A stretch of 64,000 nucleotides of DNA from Balanoglossus misakiensis (lineage: Eukaryota; Animalia; Hemichordata), in the NCBI GenBank assembly GCA_040954595.2, contig CM082589.2, forward strand, positions 3,796,213-3,860,212, given 5' to 3'. This document shows, in pieces, positions 1-12,060 of this stretch (position 1 is its first letter; the number at the start of each line of letters is the position of its first letter). The position numbers were made by a program, and so were the translations under genes. The notes beneath the pieces were generated by a model. It saw nothing but the letters and a program-made list of their open reading frames with translations. It did not search any database and was not told the origin of the DNA.

Positions 1-3000
1 CCGTTCACAAAGTGGGCGCCTCCGTCGAATTCTTGATCAACCATGAAATCGTCGACCACTTCGTGTTCACCCGGGTACAGACCCTACATTGAGAAATAGA
101 AAATTCCAGTTCCTTGTCATACCAAGTGATAACTATCACAGGCCAATTTTGTGCTGTAAATGGAAATAAAGTGTACAGACGCGTACAGCAAATACATATG
201 TATAGTGGTCATTCTGACTTTTTGATCTTTCACAATTTTCCATATTTTTAATTTTAATTTTAACTTACCGTTGCTATGGTGTAGTAGTTTGGAAATGCTG
301 ACAGAGGGAACATACTCGACATATTCGGTGTGTGTGCGCCACAGTCCCCTGGGGAAATAGAAAAGGTAAACACTCAACCACCCACTATTGATATTTTGAT
401 AACAAGATAGTACATATACAAGTATTCTTGGCCGGCAAAATGTGCCAAGATTTTGACAACTCTGGATTTTGTAACCATGGCACTAAACAGGCATTCGAGC
501 ATGAGCACATGGAGCACCTGGTGATACTTACGAAGTTTGTAGATGTGTGGGACGACCTTTCTGCTGAACATGTCACCAGTGAAGCCATTGAGACCGACCA
601 CGATGAGAGGAGGTTTGTCATTGAAACTGAAATGAAAAAAACAACAACACGAAGATCAGGCTGCGGAAGTACCAATTCAGATATACAGTTATATCACCAG
701 GATTAAAACTAATACTAAAATGGGCTATGTAAAAGCCATGGTGGAGTTAATATTGACAAGCAAATGGCTAACTCCTAAATGGGTAACTCCTACTTACTCT
801 CTAGGACAGGACTTGAAGTCTTTGGGACAACTTCCTCGGACCCAGACAGATCGATGATATTCCAGATTATCCTCTGTGGAAAAAAAATGCGTCAACCATA
901 GATTTAAAAACATGTCTTGGCACGTTGGCATGGGATGGGATGTGGTCTGATGAAAGCATAATATGGCTGTGTTTTGTTTCAAAATTTGAATGTGGGTGAA
1001 CTTACCCAACGCCTTTGCAATGCCGACTCCAATACCGGCCGCAACAGCGAAAACTAAGAGAGCAATCACGATCTAAAGAAAAAATAAATAAAATGCAATG
1101 CATTGTTAGTTTATGTTCCCCTTTCTAGATTTGTCTAGGTCTTCGTCAGTACGTTTGTAAACATGTTGGCATTACATTTGAATATTTATTCATACGCGCC
1201 AATCCAGTGTTACGAATGTTAAAAATAGCCTTTGGGGGAAATGCGAAATCAGACACGTCGGATCCAGGCAACGCGTTCTCTGTGATGCGAAACGTCACAC
1301 GGGGAACCGAGGTAACACAGAAAAAACAATTGTAGCATCTATTTGCGGAGAATTCATCCCGACCATTTAGCTCGTACTTTGACCCAGTAACCCAAGCAGC
1401 CTGCATATCGTCGATGAAAGGAAATTGTATGAGGCCAACTGTGGCCTCACAAAACATCTGTCGACACGCGTAAATGCAAATAAACCACCGATCGATAGAA
1501 AACGCAGAGGCGCATTTGCAAATATCCACCTTCGTTGAGAGGATATGCCATGCAAGAGTCCGTGTCTCTGTCTTTACTTAACCGCTGTTTCCAATTGTCC
1601 CCTAATTTGTTGGCACGTAGGTAAGACTTTCATTTGCAGGGCCTTAAATAGCTAGCCCTTAGGTCAGGGTCATACCACAGTCTTTTGTGTTTTTAGTTCA
1701 AACTTTTGCATTCACGCTTGTCACTGAAATTCTCTCATTTATCATGGCGTCCTATTGTTAATAAAAAGCGGTTAGCGTTGGACTCTGCCTCTGTCATATG
1801 ACCTTAATCGGTAGACGTCATTAAATATCTTCTTAGACATGTGGTGGTTGCAATTTTTCAGCGAAAAGTACATGTTCATGTATAACGAATGATTCAGTAG
1901 GGGAGTACAAGTAAGAAGAGAATGGTGTTTCGGAACTCAACTAATACTTAGAGTGTTGGCTTGAGCTCAGTACATCTAATTTACCTTGGGAAGTTAAAAT
2001 TGGAAAAAATGTTAAACTTTTGAAAGTTGTATTTTATTTATCGTAACAGTTGCAGATTAACTGGACAGGTACTCGGCCAACAACTGGAAATAAAGACGCT
2101 AAGTGGCCGATGTGTAATCCAGAATGGCGGCCAGAACACAAATAAATGTAATTCTATCGTTGAAAGCTTTTGTGACATTCTATTATGCTGTTGACGTGCT
2201 GTGTGCGGCATAAAGCGTTTATCGACGCGTGTCCAATGGACGCGGGAATGCTTTTTAAGGGGAACTTTGCCTCCGAAGCCATTATTAATCTGCAACTCTG
2301 AAAAGAATTCCTCCTGGTCGTCATAAGTCATCGCTCTCCTCGCCTCCCGCTTGCTCCAACTTGTGGGGTGAGCAGAAGTCGGCCACTTTGGTCAAATGTT
2401 ACATCCGTGGAATAGGAGTCTTTTGCAAAGTCTGCGACACGTTTTTCTGTCCCCTTCAGGTGTGTGAAGGTTAATTAACATACATGTTGTGAAGGTGCAT
2501 GGGTAATGTGAAACTGATGCCCACAGGTGCCCTAACCTTGACCGCGCATAGCTTGAATAATGAACTTCTGTAACTTGTGCAGGTTTATATAAATAACCCA
2601 CCCAGTTGACCTGAAACACTCCGCCTGTACACAATACGCTAACACTGGGTGAAAGCTTCTATGCATTCTTTCGTTTTCTGGTCCATTTCCCTAAATATCC
2701 GAATAGGTTCCACGACAGTTTCAAATGAACTGCATTGCATTTCAATATCCATATGCATCCATATGCATGTTATCATAATGCACATGTAATTACGTTTACT
2801 AATAATTTTCTAATTTGCATATTCGAGGAATATTAATTGGTGCACAAAGTATTCATTGTTATGCAGATCGGGATATTGTATGAGTCACTGTTAATCACCT
2901 ATACTGTAGAATTTAAAAATAACAATGTGTCATCCGGATATTAGGGAATCTCTACACTGCATATGTCATGCCATGTTAATTTTTGATGCTCGGTTTTCAT

Positions 3001-6000
3001 CTTTTTTCTGTCTCGTCTTGTTGCCGAATATTTTAGATTCTTCCAAAGCACATTTCAACCTATATATAATGCTCCACCGTTTAGTTCAAGGATTGACCGC
3101 ATAAATAATTCACCGAAAACAGTTCATGCATAATGCGGGCCAGGATTTTATTTAAATGCATACTCAGCGTGGACGGACTTGATGACAAATGAGGTCAATT
3201 AGAGATCACGTGGAATGATGACGTCAGATGAATTACAGCTGTCACAGAGGAGCGACACAAGATCGATCTTGGTGTTTACGCGTTTATGCCTGAAATTTGG
3301 TCCTGGCACTGATCTGCGCATGTGCACTCGAGTGTTTTTGCTAAGGTCAGCAAGAACACCCACCAATAAGTTTGGCTTCCACGATTCTGTGGCGATTCTG
3401 TATCTTCTTCACAGAAAGTAAGGATTTCAAAAGCCAGAATATTACACTCATTGGCATTCGTAGACACCATGTAAAAACAACAGACTGTATGTCTGTGAAT
3501 GGGACTGTTTTATTGTTAAGCAAATGGAAAACAAAAGTTCAGTTGTCGATTGCAATTATCGCCATTATAAACTTGCAACAATCCTATCAAATTCACCGAA
3601 ACAAATGGAGTGGTATCCAGGAACAAATCAGGGCAGACGTATACACACATTTGCAAATCAACAGGTGTCCTAAATCGTGCACATTCACGTTTTAACTCAC
3701 AAATCCCTACCGGCCTAATTAGTCAGCTATTGTACGCAAATTTCGAGAATATGGCGCCGAGAAATCGCGTGATCTCGCCCTCATTTGCATATAAATAAAA
3801 TGAAAGAATTTATCCTGCCTCGCGAATGAATTTGTCAAATTAATCATACGTTTGACAAGGGCTACAAAACTATATATTCCAACCGTACCTGTTCCACTGT
3901 GGAAACAATGTTTGATCGCCTATTGGGGGAGTTGTCGTTGGGAAGTTTTCGATCCGATTTTAGTTTTCAAGATTCAGGAAAATGTGTGAAGAGTGTGATT
4001 AAATGGTTCTACTTAATAACAAAGATTATATTTAAATTTTTAAATAAACATAAACATGCAAACTTTGGTTAACTTTCATTCCAAAAAGTGATGTACATTT
4101 GTTTAGAATTTGCGCACATCAAAGAACATTCTAACAGGTGGTCATCATAAATTCGTTATCACCAACCCACTGTGTTTTGCGGTCCATTTGGCTTTTAACA
4201 CTCTCTGTCAAATGTTCCGCCACAGGTCAGCATTACACAATTTGCTGTGAAGTGTCAAATGGCTCGGAAATAAAGTGTCTGCGGGGAGCAATTCAGGCGC
4301 ACAATTTCGGTCAAGACCCCAACACGATGTGAATTCTTAATTAACCATGGCCGGCGGACGCGCCACGCGGGGAGTGATCAATCGGGGTGTGGGTATACTA
4401 GGTCAGTGGTGCACGAACAACTTACCCATACTGCCGTCTTGTGTCTTTGGTAAAAGGTCCCGTCCTCATCAGGCTGCGGAGAAATCAGTACAGAAGGACA
4501 TGCATCAGTAAACAAACAACTTGAGGTAGTGAACCCGTTTGTCAATCAATGACAAGGGCTGGCCAGCGAAAAAGGGGGTGGCAACACCACAAAATATGCG
4601 ACACCCACTCACGACAGTAGCTGAGCTTCTTCAAAGCAGTTACACCACCTATCTTTTGCTTCTTCCGTATCTGTATGTCAAGCCTTTGCTGGCGCACTAT
4701 AGCACAGACACGACAGAACAACTTTATTGTCGGTTTTGACAACCTGTTGAATTAGATGAGTTCCTAGGCTATACATGCATTAACGCTGGAAAGTACACCA
4801 TCTAGCTATACAGGCGTATGCTGCAAAAGTCCGTTGTACTGTGTTGCCATAAGAAAAAGACTTCGCGAGACAACAACTTTTTGGTTGGGCTATTTTGCTT
4901 GCTTATAGGTCAAATGGCGGTCTACCCATCGACACCTATCCCACCCACCTAAACACACTCGGCAACATACTCATTGTTAAAAGCACGTAATTTAGAAAAG
5001 GGCACAGAGACCCTAGACGAGTGTAGGCTGTGGTGTCAGGGAAGTTTGTAAATATGCAGTAGTCTTACACACGTCGCAGACCCCGAATTTAATATTACCC
5101 CCCTCCCGCCCTGCAGCGCAGTAGACATCAAAAGCAGCCAGACCCCTCACGACTGTAACAGTATTCCTGTCCAATACTAAATTTAAATTTCAATGCCTTA
5201 CATAACAACCTCTTTGCTTTAAAATGAAGGTTAATTGAAATTATAATAGATAAAGGAAATTATGTTTATACAGTGTGGTACGGCATGTGGTCTAAATGGA
5301 ATTATTATTATGCCTAAGATATTTGCATACGATATTTATACTGCTATATATAATCGTAGCTGAATTAGTACATTGTACCAAGAACAATATGGCGCCCGTA
5401 TGCTTCCATTATTACTCATCAACTCGGTAAAACGTCCCTGGTGTGTACAACTGAGTCATTTCAAATCTACATTGTTTTAAATCATTAAGATTGTGACAGA
5501 CGTGGACAAGGTGACGTAGAAACGAAGAAATTAACTTCGTTGCGAATAATCGTGTTCGTATAAAGTTCGTTAACGTTCGGAAATTTGAATTTTGTCGTCT
5601 GCAATCTGTCGTAGTACGCCTCTAAAGGCCAGTGATGCGTAATAAACTTGTCTAAGTGTGTCACTGTTTCAAACCAATCTTTCCGTCATGAGGTCAAGGG
5701 TCATAGGCCTATTCGATGGTTGCACGTGTCTGTTCTCGAAATTTCCATTTTTGTTCGCAGGGTCAAATCTCCTCGTTTTGTCGTTTTGTCAAATATAACT
5801 CCAAACACTGATATTCCGCGATTTGAAACCATGTATAAGTTTTAAAATCGTCGCGACTTTATCACTGTGGAAGTGCTTTATCATGTGCGGAGTAACCGCA
5901 TTTTCTAGGGCACTACTTTTTACAACTTTCATTTGTACGGATTGCCCGCTGGTGTTCATTTCTGTGTTCAATTGGGACCCTTAAACGAGCGTAGTGATAC

Positions 6001-9000
6001 TAAACCGCACATCCGGAAGGGTCCTATATTCTACATATATGATTTCCGACATTGGAGATGGATGAATACGTGTCTCATTTGGTTGTGAAACCACGCGATC
6101 TGCTCCTGGCACGACTTGGCTTGCAGACTGACTAATGAACAAAAAATGGGGACAAACATGATCGATTTGCATACTGTTTACAGAACACGGTTAGATATGA
6201 TGGCCGCCTTTTGTCTGGCTCTGTTCGCGCTGTTTGCATTTATACTGCCGTGAATTTCGCGAACTGGTAGCTATTGTTCACGTCTGCGAGAGAAAGTGTT
6301 GCAACATATAACAACACGAGCCGTGGCGCTCACTTCGGACAACAGTTACAGAATTAGCGCCCCATAAATTTCAAAGTTGGGTGTACTGAATGTCGCTTTA
6401 ATTAAGCAAATTCGGACCCTTTCTTAGACAGCCTGGGGTACACAACAAGTTGTTCGAGTCCCGCATCGCCGAGAGTTGGAAGCGGGAATTCGGGTATTTC
6501 TTTTCGGGATCTTGAGGCATATCTGTGAACGCGGATCCAACAGGTTGCCGTGCCAAGATCTGTTGTCATCGCTGAACTAATACAAATGAATGCCCACTTT
6601 CCCTTTTCGCTCGGCCCTCCATTGTTCTCCGTGCATAACAGTTCAACAAGCGGTGACCGCGTAAACGTCGACAACTCAACTGTTCACCCTCCCTGGTCTA
6701 TTGTCCGCACGTTCTGCACTCTCTTTCTTTTTTCTAATTTCATGAATCTCGGCCCGGAACTCGGGTCTTCTCACATGCAAATGACTCGGCTGAATTTGAA
6801 CAGTTACGCATGAGTAATGCTAAGTCCTTGCGACAGCCCGCCCTACCACACCGAACCAGCTGACCGAGAACTTGAAAGCAACGATTTTGACGTCACTTAA
6901 ATTCGGGCAAACCCGTTTTATTAAGCTCCTATCTTCGCTTTATCAACCAGTGCATAATAAATCCGAGATCCCGAGTCGGGACCTGAACTTCTCTTAATTA
7001 CTGGTCGCGCGGACCCCTTCCATCTCCTTTGTGCGATCGCTTGACCTCGAACTGTTTTTTCCACATTCTTGCATTCTTACGTAACATTTTGCTGAAAAAA
7101 TTGTGCTACCGCGTTTATAACCGACTCAAACTATGTGAATATCGTTTGCAGTTTTATAGTCCCACAGCCTGGTGTCTGTACGGGTATTTATGTCCCAGTG
7201 TGTCACAATATACAATGTATATTTAAAACAGCAACCGACACATTCATCGCGTAGGTGTGGCTGCGCAGATATTTGAAAATGAGAAGAAGAAAAAAAAAAC
7301 GCTCACCGATCGAACTCTGGGTGAGGGCACGTCCTCCTTTTTACCGACTTCCTGAATTTTGACATCTTCGACATCCGCCTGTTGGTCAAAGAAGGAAAGG
7401 TGTTTATTGAATTACATGACTTTTGTACATTCTGTGTTTTGCTAAGTAAAAAGGGGGGAGCGACTTCATTCGCGACTTGCATTCAAAAGCAAATAGCCGC
7501 GCACTCCAGTATGGTAATTGCGTAGCTGGGGTTTTCTATGCTATTAGCAAAATACGCACTATCATTAACCATACGAAAACTGTGTCATGGTGACATATTG
7601 TATTGGCGATAGAAAAATGCGATGTAAATTTATTGAAAGTAAAAGTAATGTGGAAAACCTGGGCGAACGTGGACCGATTTGGCGTGGCCCACTTTCACTG
7701 TGAAATATGCGACCGTTCCGATAGGGCGCCTACTTTCACATCACTATGTTGGTCGTCCACGCTCGGTGTCTCTGATAAACACCTTCGAAAGTGTCTGATT
7801 GCCATCGTCAACTCACCATTTTGATGTCTTCCGTCGATCCTTTCGTCGTCTGTTATAAAAGAAAAAGAAAACGCCGCAGTTATTGGTCTGTGGCAAAACG
7901 TTCCCTCGCTGACAGGCCAATTTCAGCGTAACCCCACGCCTGCATAAATGTTTAGCTGATGGGGAAAGCTTTTGTATTTTGTTTTCGACAATAAAAGCGC
8001 AGGCAGGCATAGGTGCATTGTGGGTAATTTAAGCGATGAAGGGGTCGCCGGTTCCAGGTCAGTTCATCACTGAATTCTAAAGGACTTGCTGGGTTTTTGC
8101 GTATTGGCTGTGGCGCGGCGTAGCCTGCTGGCCACAATGGATGTTTGCCTGAACGACATTGATGAATTTGAGCGACCTAATTGTGCGGACGCGTGCACCC
8201 AGGCCAAGCGGCGCTGCGTCGAAATGGTAAGAGCTCTTCCCTTGGTTTGAACCCGCAGTCACCAGCAATGGCGGACGCAGAAACAGTCGTGCGTCTCGGA
8301 GGAGAAAAGCGAAGTCGGTTGCTAAGAGTCGCACGGTCTGTTCGTTCGCGAGGTTTATCACCAGCGGGTATGAATGCAACGATCGAATTTCTGGTAGCCA
8401 AAATTTGACCATTGTTGATAATTATTGTCAGAATAAATGCTGAACGTCATAATGCATCGCTTCAACACTATCTCCTTCTTAGAGGAGTCTTTGCACAAAC
8501 AATTCTGAGCACGCGTTATTTTTTTATTGCGCTACATCGTTGACCGTTCATTGGGACCTTAATTAACAATTTGGTCATCGTTGGCGGAACCTGTTAAATG
8601 TACACGAGGTGTTTACATGTCATAAAATCGACCAAGAATGCATTTCTTGCGTTCTACCCTTTGTTAGTGTACACATCTTCAGATGGACAAAATCGATCTG
8701 CCTCGCGGCCCATCAGCGCAGCCTCGTTCCAGGCCACATATTTCTGCACCGATACTTTGTTTTACAGTTGACGTTTTGCACAAAAAATAATGACATATTT
8801 CGCTGGATGCTATCCAAACCAAACAACCGCGTCAACTTCTTCGACGCACGACACTTTTGACCCCGACTTCACGAGTTTGGCAAAAAGTGTCTAAAATCCA
8901 GTGTAGGCCGCCAAGTTACCTAGAGACGGCCGAAAGAATGCCTCTCGTGTGTCCTTGTCGACACGAGGACTCGGGTTTCCCTTTTGACGGGAATGATCTT

Positions 9001-9997
9001 CGGTCACCATAGAATAAAAGAGGTAACTCCTCGGAGAGTCGTGTGCGTGCCCTTGGTTTGAACAGCTGCCTTCATTTAAGCGCGTTAAATTTGCGCGTTA
9101 AAAGTATGCTCTACTAGCTCAAAACTCGTTCTTGGGAAATCACCATGGTGTAATCCTTGCCAGGGAAGCAGTTATTTGAGGCCGAAAAAATGTTTATGGT
9201 AGTAAAGAAAAAACAGCAATTTACATGCACGCTCGCACATGCATGTGTGATGCATGCGCACACAACGACTGGCTTCTATATTACTACTACGACCGTTTCC
9301 CGATTACCCGTATTGGCAAACAAGCTGCAGCAACAAATTTAAAATCTGTGACCGGAAAAACATTCACCTGGCGTCGGTTTCATTTTAAAGGTGTATCGTA
9401 AATCCGAAGAATGCAGGACCCAAATACTTTCAATATTGTGCGCACAGCCACAGGCACCATTCAACTTTGACGCATAAAACCGCGGCAACAGGCGACCTGC
9501 TGTTCCGTGCAAAGTATATTCGCTGTACGTCCCACGTTAAATCGAAACTGCTGACTTTGTCGGAAGTTTGGTACAAGCAATCACTTTGCCTTTTATTCCG
9601 AAACAATTAAAACGGAACAATTGTTACGACATAGCGGCATTGTAGTTTGAGCCGTGTATACTTATCTCGCAGTATTTTTGCATTTAATTGTCAGGGAGTG
9701 TTTAGAGTCGGGGAATCTTCTGTCTCGTTGCTGCCATCTGTCGAATTGAATATTCTCCTTAAACTTGCGCGCGTGGGGTTGATTCTACAACTGCAGGGGT
9801 GTATATAGTCAGTTAAGACAGTACCCTGTTCGCTAATGTTTGAAAGGAGAATGTGTTTTTACGCGGATGGCTTAGTTCGCGTCGTGTCTGGTTTCACTGA
9901 AATACGTCGGTTGATGTTTTTCTGGGAGAAAAAAAAACAGGCAAATTTTTACCTGAGCAGGCGTCGTGGTCCGACTTTTAGCCGCCGAAGTAGCCAT
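1..9997 (-). CDS. ENPP/NPP-family (ectonucleotide pyrophosphatase/phosphodiesterase-like) type II membrane protein, 5' part only; probable pseudoenzyme
   Basis: Phase-consistent GT-AG exons: 9997-9953 (MATSAAKSRTTTPAQ), 7849-7817, 7378-7307, 4473-4426, 1072-1006 (TM IVIALLVFAVAAGIGVGIA), 873-798, 626-532, 348-269, 83-<1. The spliced product ...WVRGSCPKDFKSCPRDFNDKPPLIVVGLNGFTGDMFSRKVVPHIYKLRDCGAHTPNMSSMFPLSAFPNYYTIATGLYPGEHEVVDDFMVD... aligns with ENPP1/3 (LLFSLDGFR...CGT...[30 protein letters not shown]). The four N-terminal exons rest only on splice signals and phase. Confidence 0.85.
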
Positions 9998-11005
9998 CTT
10001 CGTTCCCGTTAATAATGTCCCACTTTTTTTACTGATTTCGAGCGAGAGGCGAAGGGCCCCTGGTTTGTAAGCCTTACTGTTACACACACACACACACACT
10101 TATTTTCGTTCTTTCCAGTGTGCCTGTTCTGGTATGCTTTGTTACGCCCGACCCAATTCGCCGACAACTTCTCTCCGCCGGCCAATCAGGGGGTTGCTTA
10201 CACCATCATGCGATCTCACGGGGGTTTGATTTGACACGCATTCTACATAAAATCGCAGTCCATCTCCCTGAGACTGGCAAGACTACAAAAATAAATGAAA
10301 GTTGTCATTGTGTGTTCTTGTGCTATTTTCATTTTATCTCCTGGCCTCCTCGCAACCATGGACAATGGGAAATCCCTTGGTGATTGAGTCGCCGTTATCG
10401 CAATTCAAACTTTTGAAATTGTAAGAGAAAGTTCGCCAAAACCATCTGAAGCGAAGCGACTTTGGGAAGGCTTATCTGTAGTAAACACCTATGCGTCGGA
10501 CGGAGTATATATAATATAATTCGGGCAGATCAGAACACCGTACCCGTCGAGAACTTTACTGTTCTCGTCCATGTACTTGGCCGCAATGTCGATATTGGCG
10601 TTCATTTTGGGGGAAAGGGTGGCCGTATTCATGGGATTAAAAGCAAACAAGGTCATTCATCAAACACACCCGCGCAAAAGTAAGACAAGTCAAGAAAAGG
10701 GTAAATGAGTTGTAACGAGGTCACAAAACTAATGTACAACAGAAATATGCACAAGAATGCGCGGCCGCCTAACGAATTGTACGGCTGCACAGATGACGGC
10801 GCGGTTTGGTGCACAATGTCGTGTGACCTGCTTGTTCCCTAGACTGTGGTATACTGTGCTGTATGGAGTTTTCTGTTCGTCTTATTAACCCGCCCATACA
10901 CCCTCAAGGGTCAATGGTCCGCCCGTGTTCCCAAACTTTATGTTCTTTGTTTCATTTATAGTCAAAACCACGTTTGCGTAATGAAGGCATGGCTTGAACG
11001 AAGTC
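9998..11005. promoter_or_regulatory. Putative bidirectional promoter between the ENPP-like gene and DUSP23-like copy A
   Basis: The two predicted ATGs point away from each other about 1 kb apart. The interval is CpG-rich, with a CCAAT box (GCCAATCAG, about 10181) and a (CA)n tract. Confidence 0.45.
10082..10099. repeat. (CA)n microsatellite
   Basis: About 9 AC units read directly. Confidence 0.9.
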
Positions 11006-11877
11006 ATGCTTGGTGGGCCGCACTGTGAAGGCCTGCTATTGGTCAGTGGCAGGGCGCGCCATTCGCATAGTACGATTCACCCACACACCATTTGCAAGTA
11101 CCGCATTTCGTTCTCCAGAGAAGTTTGACGTGAAATTTTGCTTTAACCTGTAGATCTCACTGGCCGACAACACGCGGTGGAGCTACCTTCACGCGAGAGT
11201 AGCACACGATGAAGAAAAACCGCTTCGGAAATCATCGGAACCGCCACCGAACTTCTCCTGGGTGGACGCTCACAGACTCGCTGCCTGCGGCACGCCGGAG
11301 ACAGGCCATCACTTCCAGTTCCTGTGTAATATTGGAATCAAGCATGTCATTTCACTGACCGATGAAAGCACCGCCTTCAGATGGTTATGTTACCGCCACC
11401 AGTTGCAGGGACACTCAGTACATGTACCAGTCTTGGAGCCGAATGCGCCATCCCTTGACCAAATCCTGACATGCATGAGGATAATCGAATGTGCCAATGC
11501 AAAGCGTGAAGTATGAGAGACCTTGGCCCTTTATACTTGTATCCAATAGTTAATAAACCTGTGACTTGAATTCGGGTGTCAAGGAAGTATTTGATAGAAT
11601 GCATGGGGCGTAATATATCGTTTCATCTCTTACTAAATTGCAGGCTGTGGCGGTACATTGCAGTACAGGTCGTGGCGCGACTGGGACTGTGGTGGCGTGC
11701 TTCATCGTGCAGAGCAGGAGGGTGACTGCGGACACGGCCATTGGCCTCGTCAGGGAAATGAGGCCCGGGTCCATCCAAACGCACGAACAAGAACATTGCA
11801 TTGAAACTTTCTATCAGTTCGTCAATTCATGTTGGGACACTCAACACAGTATACCAATGGATGTGATGTCGACTTAA
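11006..11877 (+). CDS. DUSP23-like atypical dual-specificity phosphatase, copy A; degenerate catalytic motif (candidate pseudophosphatase), about 208 aa
   Basis: Exons 11006-11041 (tentative; MLGGPHCEGLLL, donor gtcagt), 11154-11510 (PPPNFSWVD...GIKHVISLT...APSLDQI...NAKRE) and 11644-11877 (AVAVHCSTGRGATGTVVACF...REMRPGSIQTHEQE). These motifs are typical of DUSP23, but CX5R reads CSTGRGA. Confidence 0.85.
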
Positions 11878-11984
11878 AAGTACTTCCAGTGAATTTCACA
11901 GTTTGCCAAATAATATATATGTACTTAATATTTAAGGTTGTGTGAAAAGAATTAATATTGAACCTTCTTAAACGCACAACTGGT

Positions 11985-12060
11985 TGACGTCATCAACGCA
12001 CAAGAACCGTTGCACCGTGACCGAGAATCACTGCATGTAAATGATTGTCCTGACGTCATC
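11985..12060. promoter_or_regulatory. Two perfect CRE palindromes (TGACGTCA) upstream of DUSP23-like copy B
   Basis: TGACGTCATC occurs at 11985 and at 12051, in the short intergenic interval between the two copies. Confidence 0.4.

Noticed and set aside
2038-2331. 97-aa minus-strand ORF as an alternative ENPP first exon
   Set aside because: I found no convincing phase-0 donor and recognise no homology; it cannot be excluded without RNA data.
4455-4475. CTGATGAG on the minus strand resembling a hammerhead ribozyme core
   Set aside because: No stem II or GAAA follows, and the sequence is better explained as the 48-nt ENPP exon (PDEDGTFY...).
6402-6674. Minus-strand ORF or exon candidate inside an ENPP intron
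   Set aside because: An acceptor-like site is present, but there is no good in-phase donor and no recognisable protein.
8077-8412. Overlapping ORFs of 74-111 aa in a GC-rich intronic patch
   Set aside because: No motif or splice support; expected by chance in GC-rich DNA.
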